This document shows positions 1 through 10,922 of a DNA stretch of 64,000 nucleotides, piece after piece. The translations under genes and the position numbers were made by a program. The notes under the pieces are model-generated. The model worked only from the letters and a program-made list of their open reading frames with translations, ran no database searches and was not told the DNA's origin. Position 1 is the first letter of the stretch. Every line of letters begins with the position of its first letter. This stretch comes from a virus (Duplodnaviria > Caudoviricetes), in the IMG/VR virus record IMGVR_UViG_3300021426_000067. One strand, 5' to 3'.

Positions 1-24
1 CCAAGACTAACTAATATAATCCAT

Positions 25-231
25 TTACTCCAATCCATTTTTTTCTCCTTCTATCCATTTTTTAAATTCACATTTGCAATCTTCGCATAAATCAATAGTT
101 TCTTCTTCTATACCATACGAATAAGGGAGCATTTTTAATTTACATAAATAATAAGGAAATGCAGGCACAGCTTCATATTTTCGAAAAGGCACTGTAGGTT
201 TCCCGCATCTATCACATACCGTCGCTAACAT
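25..231 (-). CDS. small Zn-finger hypothetical protein (paralog of 555..743)
   Basis: CDRC...IDLCEDC motif; TAA stop. Confidence 0.7.
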   Translation of the reverse strand: MLATVCDRCGKPTVPFRKYEAVPAFPYYLCKLKMLPYSYGIEEETIDLCEDCKCEFKKWIEGEKNGLE

Positions 232-576
232 TTATTTCTCCTTTTCAGGTAAAGCCAAAATCTCACTAATTGCGCTCATCCGCCAGTCAACACCTCTACC
301 ACGATACGGTCTTTGACAACATAGTCCGCGGCCACTCCAATCAATAGGACAGCCCTTGCAATTTCCAATTGTCTGTAAAGCATATTCACAAAGAAAACAA
401 CTTCCCTGTATTGACTCTTTTGGAAATTTTTCTTCACACCATTTAAGTTTATAAGACATCCTATCATCCCAATAAGGGCGGTCTCCTAAATCTTTCTGCA
501 TATCGCGCCACATCTGACGGTGATACTCTAATGCTTGTTCTCTTGTTAAAAACATTAATAGTCTTCCCCTAACCAT
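232..576 (-). CDS. Cys-rich hypothetical protein (paralog of 743..1102)
   Basis: HRQMW..MQ, CFLCEY, CxxCP, VDWR.S.ISEILALP; true start probably MFLTREQ. Confidence 0.7.
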   Translation of the reverse strand: MVRGRLLMFLTREQALEYHRQMWRDMQKDLGDRPYWDDRMSYKLKWCEEKFPKESIQGSCFLCEYALQTIGNCKGCPIDWSGRGLCCQRPYRGRGVDWRMSAISEILALPEKEK

Positions 577-743
577 TTTTTAAAACTGTTGCAGCAATCC
601 TCACATAAATCAATTTTTTTATCCAGCCCAAAACCATATGGGTCTTCATTTAATCTTCCTAAGAAATAAGGAAAATTTTCTTGTTTTTTTGATACTGATA
701 TAGGTTTTCTACATCTATCACAGATATATTTTTCAATTTTCAT
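555..743 (-). CDS. small Zn-finger hypothetical protein
   Basis: CDRC...IDLCEDC; tightly coupled to neighbours. Confidence 0.7.
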   Translation of the reverse strand: MKIEKYICDRCRKPISVSKKQENFPYFLGRLNEDPYGFGLDKKIDLCEDCCNSFKKWLGEDY

Positions 744-1102
744 TACTCTTCTTCCTCCACATATTTCTTTCTAAGCGGTAAGGCTAAAATATCACTAATT
801 TTAGAAGTTCTCCAATCTACTGTTCCAATTCCTTTTTCACAACCATAATATATATAGTTATTCCAATTATAAGGACAATAGATACAAGAATGAGAATGAA
901 ACTGTTCATTATATTCACATAAATAACAATTATTTGTAGGGCGTTTTTCTCCTGTAGAAGCTCGTCGTGCTTCAACCCACCCTACTTTAAAAGCAGCTCT
1001 TTCTGCTAATGAAGGATTGTTTCCCAATGTTTGCATAGCTTCCCACATTTCTTTATGTTTTCGAACAGCTTCATCAAAAGATAATTCAAAATTAAGTTCC
1101 AT
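743..1102 (-). CDS. Cys-rich hypothetical protein
   Basis: HKEMW..MQ, CYLCEY, CxxCP, VDWRTSKISDILALP. Confidence 0.7.
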   Translation of the reverse strand: MELNFELSFDEAVRKHKEMWEAMQTLGNNPSLAERAAFKVGWVEARRASTGEKRPTNNCYLCEYNEQFHSHSCIYCPYNWNNYIYYGCEKGIGTVDWRTSKISDILALPLRKKYVEEEE

Positions 1103-1106
1103 TTTA

Positions 1107-1466
1107 TTATTTTCCTCCGCGCATTTCCGGATAATGCGGATCCTTCAATCTTCCATGATACCAAAGAAGTTTACAGCGGCGATTCATTTCCTTAATATAT
1201 TTATCAAATTCGCGGTCAATATCTTTCTTTCGAGACTCTGCGGCTCTATATTCAGCCAGCCGTCTGCCATAAGTTTCGTCCCAAGTATCTTCCGGCGCGC
1301 ACTTCGCCTTGCCCTTATAGATGCGGACTTCATTAATTTCATCATAATCCTCATCACCAAGACCATACTTAGCCAGTCTCTCCGGCATATCGTTATATGT
1401 AGTAATAATACATACAACAGTTCTCTTCTCTTCATTTACCTTATATTCAGTTGTTACATAAGCCAT
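1107..1466 (-). CDS. conserved phage hypothetical protein
   Basis: AGGAG RBS; GKAKCAPEDTWDETYGRRLA motif typical of a small phage protein family. Confidence 0.65.
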   Translation of the reverse strand: MAYVTTEYKVNEEKRTVVCIITTYNDMPERLAKYGLGDEDYDEINEVRIYKGKAKCAPEDTWDETYGRRLAEYRAAESRKKDIDREFDKYIKEMNRRCKLLWYHGRLKDPHYPEMRGGK

Positions 1467-1480
1467 AATTTTATCTCCTT

Positions 1481-1645
1481 TTATAATCTTAAATGACTAT
1501 TATCTTTTTCCTTTTTAGATGCGGCAAGCAATGGCTCTATGGCGGCATCTACTCTGCGGACCGCCGCATCATCAATTACTTCTACTTTTGATGGATGTTT
1601 ACCATATTTAGAAAAAGGTTTTGCTTTTTCCCTTAACCGCCCCAT
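1481..1645 (-). CDS. hypothetical protein (54 aa)
   Basis: manual translation MGRLREKAKPF...HLRL; fills the gap in the operon. Confidence 0.55.
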   Translation of the reverse strand: MGRLREKAKPFSKYGKHPSKVEVIDDAAVRRVDAAIEPLLAASKKEKDNSHLRL

Positions 1646-1839
1646 TACATTAGGTATACATCCAATTCTGTAAAAAGGGTATTAAAATCATCCTTTGACA
1701 TTCTTTGCTTTTGACCGTCTTCTGCATGAATAATAAATTCTTCAGGATTTTTTGGGTCTACTTCACCTTTATAAGTATGACCTTCATAAAATTTTCCGTT
1801 ATCAAAGGTCATATTATAATTTGCTTGCAAAAGCATCAT
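1645..1839 (-). CDS. hypothetical protein
   Basis: ORF overlapping both neighbours. Confidence 0.6.
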   Translation of the reverse strand: MMLLQANYNMTFDNGKFYEGHTYKGEVDPKNPEEFIIHAEDGQKQRMSKDDFNTLFTELDVYLM

Positions 1840-2267
1840 TTTCTAAGTCCTCCATAATCTATAATTTCTTTATGTTGTGCGGCGGCGTAACGACGAGTGT
1901 AATAAGTCCCGCCTTGTGGGATCCCATCCCAAACACATAATAGAGCATCCGCACAATCCACCATATATTCATCTCTTATCAAGTAGGCTTTTTTAGAATA
2001 TGCAGGGGTTAGATAAAGTATCTCTTCTCCATCCATTAACCATTGTTCTGTTGGAGAATAGTTTTCTTTAGGAAAAGGATAACAACATATCAGCGGGATT
2101 CCTAAATTTTTTGCAACGCCGCCAATAAGTTGATCTGTGCCTCTTGCCATCCCAATGTATACAGATTCAGGTTGAAGAGCAATAAGCTGGTCCTCCGCCC
2201 ACTTTTTTATCATTTCCTCTTGTCCTTTTAAACGCTCTGGACGATGTCCTGTTACAGCTACTATCAT
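1836..2267 (-). CDS. SLOG/YspA (DUF1273)-like protein
   Basis: VAVTGHRP, GMARGTDQ, RDEYMVD, VWDG..GGTYYT motifs. Confidence 0.75.
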   Translation of the reverse strand: MIVAVTGHRPERLKGQEEMIKKWAEDQLIALQPESVYIGMARGTDQLIGGVAKNLGIPLICCYPFPKENYSPTEQWLMDGEEILYLTPAYSKKAYLIRDEYMVDCADALLCVWDGIPQGGTYYTRRYAAAQHKEIIDYGGLRK

Positions 2268-2428
2268 TCTTCATCCCCCTCTTGGCATCTTTTTTCTGCG
2301 CAAAGTCCATTTGTATATCCTTCTAAATAGATTTCACGCTCTTTATTTAATTTTCCTGTACCCATTGTAAATAATGTTATAATGGAGCCTAACACACATC
2401 CACCTCCAAAAATCAATAAATTAAACAT
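2264..2428 (-). CDS. small membrane protein (54 aa)
   Basis: manual translation MFNLLIFGGGCVLGSIITLF...; ATGA overlap with next gene. Confidence 0.55.
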   Translation of the reverse strand: MFNLLIFGGGCVLGSIITLFTMGTGKLNKEREIYLEGYTNGLCAEKRCQEGDEE

Positions 2429-2510
2429 TATTTTTTATTCCTTTCTTATTAACTATAAATATTATAAAATAAATTTTTTTAGAAATCAAGTAAAAATCAT
2501 TTAATCGAGT

Positions 2511-2539
2511 TTGACAAAGGAAAATTTTTTTTGTATACT
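2511..2539 (+). promoter_or_regulatory. sigmaA-type promoter
   Basis: TTGACA-17nt-TATACT; divergent TTGATT..TATAAT on the - strand nearby. Confidence 0.75.
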
Positions 2540-2570
2540 ATAAGTATAGTATATAATGAAAGGAGTTTTT

Positions 2571-3677
2571 ATGGGAGAAGAAATAAAAAATAAAAATGCG
2601 GGCTTTGAAAATAAAAGACCTTATCCTTTATTAGATAAGACTATTAAAGACCCGCATGAACGTAATGAAATAGTCCATAAAATAGTTGCGGAAGTCCCCC
2701 CAGAAAAATTAACTCCTTATTATTTAGAATAGCTTACCAAATATTTAACAGAAACTCCTGATACAAAAAAGGCGCGGACAGTTTTAACTAACAACCGCAT
2801 GGTTACTGTAACTAAGCGTGAAACTTCTTATGAAGGACTTATTTCAAAATTGGAGAATGGTGAAGATGGTATTTATAATTTTATGACAGGTGGCGATAAA
2901 AATATTTTATTGGTTCCAAAAATACAAATTACAGAAAATGATATAGAGACAATTCCAGGTTTAAAATAGTTAAGAGAAGAAATAAAAAAAGTTGAAGCTA
3001 AACAAAAGACAGCAAAGGGAAGACAAAAATATTTATTAACAAAGCAATTAATTGAAATGCGGCAAGACCAATACGTTTTAAAAAATATTTATAAACCGCC
3101 TATTACAATGATGAAAGTTACAAAAAATCTTCATCAAATTGATTTAAGTTAGCACGTTACGACTAATGAAAAAGGAGAGCCAGAAAGTCATTGTGCTGTG
3201 TCATTTTTTAATCCAGATCATGTTTGTTATCTTTTGTGCAATTATTCTAAAATTAAGGAGGATTGCTGGGGTCATTTTGATAGCGATTGGTGGTATTTCA
3301 TGGAAGACTTTGATGCTCTTGTTGATAGAGCATTAAAAGAACAACATCCTATTTTATATGATATTATGATTTATAAAATTGATGGAATGTTGAATAAAAC
3401 TATATCAGAAAAGATTCAAGAGAAATATGATGCTTATTATACTGTTGAGCATCTTTCCAGTATATGGCGTAAGAAAATACCTAAAATAATTGCGGAAAAG
3501 GCAAAAGAAGAATGGCTTTTATGGCATTACACTATGGAAGAAAAAGGGCATTGGAAAAGATGCTCTCGTTGCCATGAAATAAAATTAGCTCATCCTTACT
3601 TTTATACAAAAAATAAAACTTCTAAAGATGGCTGGTATAGCATGTGTAAATGTTGCAGAAATAAAAAGAAAAATTAA
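2571..3677 (+). CDS. putative sigma-like/HTH transcription regulator with C-terminal Zn ribbon (3 in-frame TAG)
   Basis: 368 aa with TAG read-through; AGGAG RBS; region-4-like segment and CSRC...CKCC. Confidence 0.55.
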
Positions 3678-3716
3678 GGGCGAAAAATCTAAATTTATAT
3701 AGAAGTTTTTTAAAAG
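3678..3716 (+). promoter_or_regulatory. putative phage late-promoter motif (degenerate copy)
   Basis: GGGC-N9-AAA-N13-TTTTT; same spacing as other copies. Confidence 0.45.
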
Positions 3717-3743
3717 AAAAAGAGAGAAGAAAGGAGGCATTTT

Positions 3744-5084
3744 ATGGCATTAAAGATAAAAGGACAAGTGGAAGATGCCAATGGGAAATGTAAATGTTAG
3801 AGATGCGGTAAGCGGATTGGTCAAATAAACTTTTATACTTATAAAGATGGTAGTAAATGTGAAATTTGCAAACCTTGTTTAACCGCACATATAGATAACT
3901 TTGATCCTACTACTTTTGAGTGGATTCTCGAAAAAATGGATGTACCTTTTATACCTACTGAATGGAATGTTCTTAGAGATAAGGCTTTTGCTAAAGACCC
4001 TTATAAAATGAATGGTATGTCTGTTATTGGAAAATATCTTGCAAAGATGAAATTAAAACAATGGAATAAATATGGATATGCAGATACTCCAAAAATTATG
4101 AAAGAGATGGAGTAGGAAGAAGAAAGAAAGAGAGTTGCTCAATAGACAGAAAGACTTCGCCATGAAGCTGAACTTAAAGTTAAGTTAAGTGAAGGAAAAA
4201 TTTCTCAGGCTTAGTATCAAACTCTTGTTAGCACAGAGACTCAAAATAAAGAGTTGGCGCGATGGGGTAATGCAATTACTGGAGAGCACTTAGGTCAGCC
4301 TGGATTCCAAGTTCACGGTTCCCCGCAATCTTATGCAGAAGCATTAAGTCGAGCAAAAAATCCTTTTCAATAGCAAAATTTCATGTCAGAGAGTTAGTTG
4401 ATTGACCCTGGCGCGGATTTAGAAAAAGATGAAAAAATGTATCTTGCGATTAAATGGGGAAGACTTTATACTCCCGCTCAATGGGTTGCTCTTGAGCAGT
4501 TGTATAATGAATTTATGAACTCTTTTGATATACAGGGCGCCGCCAGAATAGATACTTTGAAAAAAATTTGTAAAACATCTTTAAAGATGGATTAGGCTAT
4601 AGATAGCGGCGATATAGATTCATATCAGAAATTATCAAGAGTTTATGACACTATGATGAAATCCGCAAAGTTTACAGAAGCGCAGAATAAAGATGGTGAT
4701 GGTAAGAATATTGATTCAGCTTCTGCTATTGTAGATTTTGTTGAAGCTCATAGCGGACAAATTCCTCGCATGAAAATTGAAGAGCCTTTGGATATAGTAG
4801 ATAAAATTATTTTTGATTTAAAATCTTATACTCGAAACTTAATTTATGATGATCCTTCTCTTGCTCAAGAAATTGAAAAATATTTACAAGATAAAAGAAT
4901 TTCTGAACAAATGAAAAAAGATAAAGAGGAGGCTGCAGCTAAAGGATTAGATTATGTTCCATTGGAAGATTAGGATATGGTAGTTTATAAAGATACTTTA
5001 AGACATATGTCTGAAGAAGATAAAGAGTTAACTGATGAAAAAATCGAAACAGACTATGGGAAAAGGAGAGTACAACCTAAATGA
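3744..5084 (+). CDS. putative terminase small subunit / Zn-finger protein (8 in-frame TAG)
   Basis: 446 aa with read-through; N-terminal CxxC/CxxC; ATGA overlap with the large terminase. Confidence 0.55.
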
Positions 5085-6817
5085 ATTTAAAATAGTTATT
5101 ACAACTGTCTTCTGATAGAGAATATAAAAAACAAGGATTATCTGAAGAAAGATTAACTGCAGATATAGATGAGTTAAGAAGAATAATTGCTTTTTTTAGA
5201 GAGTATCCTGATATTTTTGTAGATTTTATTAAAGGCAAAGACAGTACCTTTAATTTTTTATTTTATCAAAGAATTTTTCTTAGAAATGTTATGCGGCATA
5301 GATATGTATATGCAACATTCCCTCGTGCTTATTCTAAGTCTTTCCTATCTATGATGGCTTTAATGATTAGATGTATTCTATATCCTAATTCCCATTTATT
5401 TGTAACAACAGGTGGCAAGGAGCAGGCAGCTTCTATTACTGTTGCTAAAATAGAAGAAATATGTAAATTAATTCCTGGATTAAATAATGAGATAAACTGG
5501 GATAGAGGTGTTTCTACTAAATCAAAAGATAATGTAAAATACGTTTTTAAAAATGGCTCAAGTATTGATATTCTTGCAGCAAGGCAATCTTCGAGAGGAC
5601 AACGTCGAACGGGCGGTCTGATGGAATAGTGTGTTCTTATTGATGGAGATATTTTAAATGAAGTTATTATTCCTACAACAAACGTTGATAGACGTTTATC
5701 AGATGGCAGCCGCCATAAAGAAGAGAACGTAAATAAATCTCAAATTTATATAACAACCGCAGGATGGAAAAATAGTTTTGCTTATCATAAGTTAATATAG
5801 ATTTTAATTAATTCAATAATATAGCCTGATTAGTATATGATAATGGGCGGAACTTATGAAACCCCAGTTATATCTGGTCTTTTGGACGAGAACTTTGTAT
5901 AGCAACTGCGCTTACAAGGAACTTTTAATGATTAGTCATTTAATAGATAGTACAGAAGTATTTGGTCAGGAGATGTAGAAAATGCGTTTTTCTCATCTGA
6001 AAAATTTGATAAATATAGAGTTTTATTACAACCAGAATATTAGTATAGCGGACGCTCATCTAAAAATGCGTATTATGTATTTGGAATTGACGTAGGCCGT
6101 GTGGGTTGTACTACAGAAATTTGTGTATTTAAAGTAACTCCGCAAGTACAAGGAGCTGCTCATAAGACTCTTGTTAATATTTTTACATATGATGCAGAAC
6201 ATTTTGAAACTCAATGTATTCATATTAAACATTTATATTATAAATATAAACCTAAACGAATTGCGGTTGATGCGAATGGATTAGGAGTTGGTTTAATTGA
6301 TTATTTAATTAAGTCTCAAGACACTGAGGATGGATAGTATTTACCTCCTTTTGGAGTTTTTAATACTAATGATTATCCTGAATATAAAAAGTTTGTAACT
6401 CCTGAGACTGTTAAAGATATTTTATTTTTAATCAAAGCTAACGCGCCCATTAATACTGAAGCATATAGCTATGCTCAAACTCAAATGTTTAGTGGTAAAA
6501 TTAGGTTTTTAATAGATGAAGGACAAGCTAAAACTAAATTAATGGCTACTAAGCAAGGGCAAAATATGAATATGGATGAGAGAAATGAATATTTAAGACC
6601 TTTTATTTTAACGTCTATTTTAAAAGAACAAATGTTAAATCTTGTAGAAGAAAATGAAGGAGTTAACATTATTTTAAAACAAAGCAATAGAAGTGTTAAA
6701 AAGGATAAATTTTCAGCTTTTATATATGGATTATATTATATCCGATATGAAGAAGAATTAAGTAAAAAACGAAAGAAAAGAAATATATCAGACTTTTTAT
6801 TTTTCACGCCAAGTTAA
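5081..6817 (+). CDS. terL: terminase large subunit (10 in-frame TAG)
   Basis: 578 aa with read-through; PRAYSKS Walker A, RG...GGLME*C Walker B, ITTAG, GIDVGR nuclease motif, DANGLG, KDKFSA. Confidence 0.9.
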
Positions 6818-6857
6818 GGTCAAGTTTTATTAATTCAATACGCGTTTTTTTATATAA
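6818..6857 (+). promoter_or_regulatory. putative phage late-promoter motif
   Basis: GGTC-N9-TAA-N13-TTTTTATATAA. Confidence 0.55.
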
Positions 6858-6875
6858 AGATAGAAAGGAGAAAAT

Positions 6876-7238
6876 ATGCGTGCATCCAGAGGAGAAATAA
6901 AAATAGAAGAAATTTTAAAAGAGTCTGGGTTAGAGTTCGCAGAAGAATACTCTTTTCCAGATTTAGTAAGTAACACAGGCCGCCCATTAAGATTTGATTT
7001 TGCGGTTTTTGATGATTAGCATAATCTTGATTTTTTAATTGAATTTCAAGGAATACAGCATTATGAAGCAAAAAGTAAATTTGGTGGGATGAATGGATTA
7101 AGAAAACAACAATATAATGACATGAGAAAAAGAGAATATTGTCGATAGCATGGGATTAAACTGGTTTTAATTCCCTATTGGGAATAGGCTATAATTACTT
7201 ATGATTATATTCTTAATGCGGCTTGGAATACAGATTAA
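6876..7238 (+). CDS. PD-(D/E)XK restriction-endonuclease-like protein (3 in-frame TAG)
   Basis: 120 aa; SRGE..IEEIL, LRFDFAV, LIEFQGIQHY, IPYW; absent from the standard-code ORF track. Confidence 0.75.
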
Positions 7239-7254
7239 AGAGAGGTATTTAAAG

Positions 7255-8847
7255 TTGATTAATCGAATGGCTTAGATAAAGAAAAAAGGCTTTAATATGC
7301 CGATTGAAACTGAAGAATACCAAATTCCTGAAAGTGCGAATGGATATGTTCCTATTGACTTTTCAAAAATTCGAGTGGGAGTAAAAACCTTATCAGATGC
7401 CGTTTATAAATTAGGAGATTTTCAAAGAATAAACCCTCGATTAGCAGATAAACGTCAGGTTTTAGAAGCTATTCATTATGGGGATTTAGAAAGAATGAGA
7501 GATATTTCTAATTATTTTTATAAAATCAGTGGTATTTATCAAAGGTTATGTCGATACATGGCATATATGTATAGATATGATTGGTTAGTAACTCCTTATT
7601 ACAGTGAGACTATGAAGCCAGAAAAAATAAAAGAAGGTTTTATGCAAACTTTAACTTTCTTAGATAAGTTTGAAGTAAAACGTTTCTTTGGTGAAGTTGC
7701 ATTAAAAGTAGTTAGAAATGGTTGTTATTATGGATATTTAATTGCTAAGAATGGGACAGTAGTAGTCCAAGAGCTGCCGCCCAGATATTGCAGATCCGTA
7801 TACATATCATCAAATCGGGAGCCTGTAGTTGAATTTAATATGAAATATTTTGATGATGCTTTTCCTTCTATTGAGTTAAGACAAAGAATCTTAAAAATCT
7901 TTCCTGCGGAATTTGAAAAAGGATATAAATTATATAAACAAGGGAAATTAAAACCTCAATATCCTGGAGATTAGGCTGGATGGTATTTACTTGAAGTTGG
8001 CTCTGTTATTAAATTTAATTTTAATGGGGAAGATTTTCCTCCTTTTATTGCAGTAATTCCCGCCATAATAGACCTTGACGCTGCGCAAGACTTAGACCGT
8101 AGAAAAATGGCACAACAATTATTGAAAATAATTATTCAAAAAATGCCTATTGATAAAAATGGTGATTTAATATTTGATGTGGATGAAGCTCAACAACTTC
8201 ATAATAATGCGGTTAAAATGCTTTCTAAAGCTATTGGTATAGATGTTTTAACTACTTTTGCGGATGTTGATGTGGCGGATATGGCTGATAATAAAACTTC
8301 TACTACAACAGATGAATTAGAAAAAGTTGAACGTACAGTATACAATGAAGCTGGTACTTCCCAAATGTTATTTAATACTGATGGAAACATCGCTCTTGAA
8401 AAATCTATTTTAAATGATGAGGCTTCAATGTGGAATTTGATTCAACAGTTTGAAACATTTTTAAACACTCTATTGACACCTTTTAATAAAAGTCCTAAAA
8501 AGGTTACTTATAGAGCGCAAATTCTTCCTACTACAATTTATAATTATAAAGAATTAGCTAAACAATATAAAGAACATACTCAATTAGGTTACTCAAAAAT
8601 GTTACCGCAAATTGCTTTAGGTCAATCTCAAAGTGCTATCTTAACTACAGCTTACTTTGAAAATGATGTACTTGATTTAGTTAATGTATTTATTCCTCCG
8701 CTAATGTCCAGCACAATGAACGCAGAAGTTCTCAATAGAGGAAAAACTGGAGAAAATGCGAATGGAAAAGAAGGCGCAGGAAGACCTGAAAAAGCGGATG
8801 ACCAAAAATCAACAAAGACTATTCAAAATCGTGAATCTATGAATTAA
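7255..8847 (+). CDS. portal protein (2 in-frame TAG)
   Basis: ~530 aa from TTG start with GAGGT RBS; fragments 7297..7974 and 8107..8847 share a frame; lies between terminase and protease. Confidence 0.8.
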
Positions 8848-8872
8848 GTCAGAAAATTTTTCCAAAAATTTT

Positions 8873-8913
8873 GGTCGGAAGTTATTAAAAGATTTGTTTG
8901 AATTTTTATATTA
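8873..8913 (+). promoter_or_regulatory. putative phage late-promoter motif
   Basis: GGTC-N9-TAA-N13-ATTTTTATATTA. Confidence 0.55.
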
Positions 8914-8940
8914 TATGAAGAAATAAGGGGGACTTATTTT

Positions 8941-10278
8941 ATGCACCAATCAGTTGCAACAATAGACTCTCCTCAATTCTTAAATCTTCAACCTCTTGAT
9001 ATTAACCCTTTAATGTCAAAATGTGAGATAAAAGTTCTTTATGTAGGAGCTAATAGAAACCGTAGTTTTATTACGGAAGAGGTTGCCGCGGAAATGGGTA
9101 AAACCTTACGTGGCGCGCCTATTGTGGGTTATTATCGTAAGAATAAGGAAGATTTTACAGATCATGGAGAAAAAGTTATTATTGATGATGAAGGAGTAAA
9201 GTTTGAGTGTCAAACGATTCCTTATGGTTTTGTTTCGCCAGATGCTAAAGTTTGGTTTCAAGATTTTGAGGATAATGATGGAATGGGTAATACAGTTACT
9301 CGTAAATATTTAATGACAACTGGTTACCTTTGGACTGGCCAATTCCCAGAATCCAGCTTACCTGTGGAATAGGGTCGTCCGCAATCTATGGAACTTTATG
9401 AAGATTCTGTTAAAGGATCTTGGCAAACAAATTATGATAAAGGAATGGACTTCTTTATTATAAATGATGCAATTATTCAAAAAATTTGTATCTTAGGAGA
9501 CGATGTTGAGCCTTGCTTCGAAGGCGCTTCTGTAACGGCTCCAGATGTAAGTACAAAATTTACATTAGACGACAAATTTAGGCACACACTTTATAGTATG
9601 ATGCAAGAATTAAAGAGTGCCTTAAACGGAGGAGGACAACAGATGGAAAATCTTGAAAACACTGTAACTGCTGAAGAACCTGTTGTTGATTTTACTCAGG
9701 AAAATGCAGCTACAGAAGTTGATGAGAACAAAGATGCTTCTATTCCCGCTGATTTCGTCAAAAAAGATGATGAAGAAAAAGAAGAGAAAAAACCTGCGGA
9801 AGAAGAGAAATCTTCAGATGAAGGAGATAAAGAAAAAGATTCTAAAGATAGTTCTGATGATAAAGAAGATGACGATGATGAAGATGATAAAAAGAAAAAA
9901 GATCAGAAATATGAACTTCTTGAATCTAAATATGCGGCTTTATAGGCTGCATATCAAACTCTTCAAGCCCAATGTGCAGAACTTATTGATTTCAAAAAAT
10001 CAATAGATAATCAGCGTAAGGATGAACTTATTGCAGAATTTTATATGCTTTCTGATGATGATAAAGCAGATGTTATTCGCAATAAATAGAAGTATTCTTT
10101 AGATGAGATTAAAGCTAAATTAGCAATTATTTGCTTTGATAGAAAAGTTAGTTTTAACCCTTCAGAACAGAAAAAAGAAGAAGAAGTTGTTACTTATTCT
10201 TTAAACAATAATGAAAATAACAGTCAACCAGAATGGGTGAGAGCTGTTAAAGAACAAGAAACACTACTTGGATATTAA
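8941..10278 (+). CDS. prohead protease/scaffold protein (3 in-frame TAG)
   Basis: 445 aa; NRNRSFI, PIVG, DF.DH, GYLW, QSMEL, CILG..VEPCF motifs, then an acidic coiled-coil region. Confidence 0.75.
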
Positions 10279-10299
10279 TCTATTAGGAGGATGCTAAAA

Positions 10300-10899
10300 A
10301 TGGCAATTGTAATGAAAAGAATAGGTTATGGACAGGTTGAGCCTAACCACCTTTCTGGTATTGTGACTGGTCAAATTTATGCTCAATTACCTGCTCAGAT
10401 TGCTACAACAACAGGTACAGGAGATACTGCCGTTACTACTATAACTCCTATTGCTCAACTTGAGCAAGGACAATTTGCAAAATATGATTATGCAAATGGC
10501 GCGGTTAACTTTACCGGTGATGGTGAATTTATGCTTGTCTATAATGAAGAAAAACTTTATGATGAAAGACAACAACATCATAAGGATTTCGTTTATAAAG
10601 CTACTGATTTTACTGATGGAAAATTATTCCCTCGTTTAATCAGAACTTATGTTGGAGATATTATGACAACTAATACCCTTGCTACTGCTAATACTTCCAA
10701 TGTTGCTGAGGTAAATTCTTCCCTTAGCGTTTCCGTTGGTAATTATCTGACCGTTGATTCAAACGGTTTCTTAGTAGTTGCTCAGTCTGGCAACTCTGCT
10801 GCTACTACAATGCCTTCAAGTGGTATGGTTTGGAAAGTTGTTAAAGAATACACAATGCCAGATGGACAACCTGGTATTAAAATTCAGAGAGTGCAATAA
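10300..10899 (+). CDS. head decoration/minor capsid protein
   Basis: AGGAGG RBS; GYGQVEPNHL motif; directly upstream of the major capsid gene; no TAG. Confidence 0.6.
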   Translation: MAIVMKRIGYGQVEPNHLSGIVTGQIYAQLPAQIATTTGTGDTAVTTITPIAQLEQGQFAKYDYANGAVNFTGDGEFMLVYNEEKLYDERQQHHKDFVYKATDFTDGKLFPRLIRTYVGDIMTTNTLATANTSNVAEVNSSLSVSVGNYLTVDSNGFLVVAQSGNSAATTMPSSGMVWKVVKEYTMPDGQPGIKIQRVQ

Positions 10900-10922
10900 T
10901 AAGGAATAGGAGGAAATAGAAA

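Noticed and set aside
1017-1496. Antisense and alternative-frame ORFs in the track (e.g. 1017..1496 +, 9683..10006 +, 27445..27774 +, 39263..39583 +)
   Set aside because: They shadow well-supported genes and lack an RBS and recognisable motifs.
5081-6817. Standard phage code 15 (TAG=Gln)
   Set aside because: It would place Gln at the Walker-B catalytic Glu and at several other Glu-type motifs; disfavoured, though not formally excluded without alignments.
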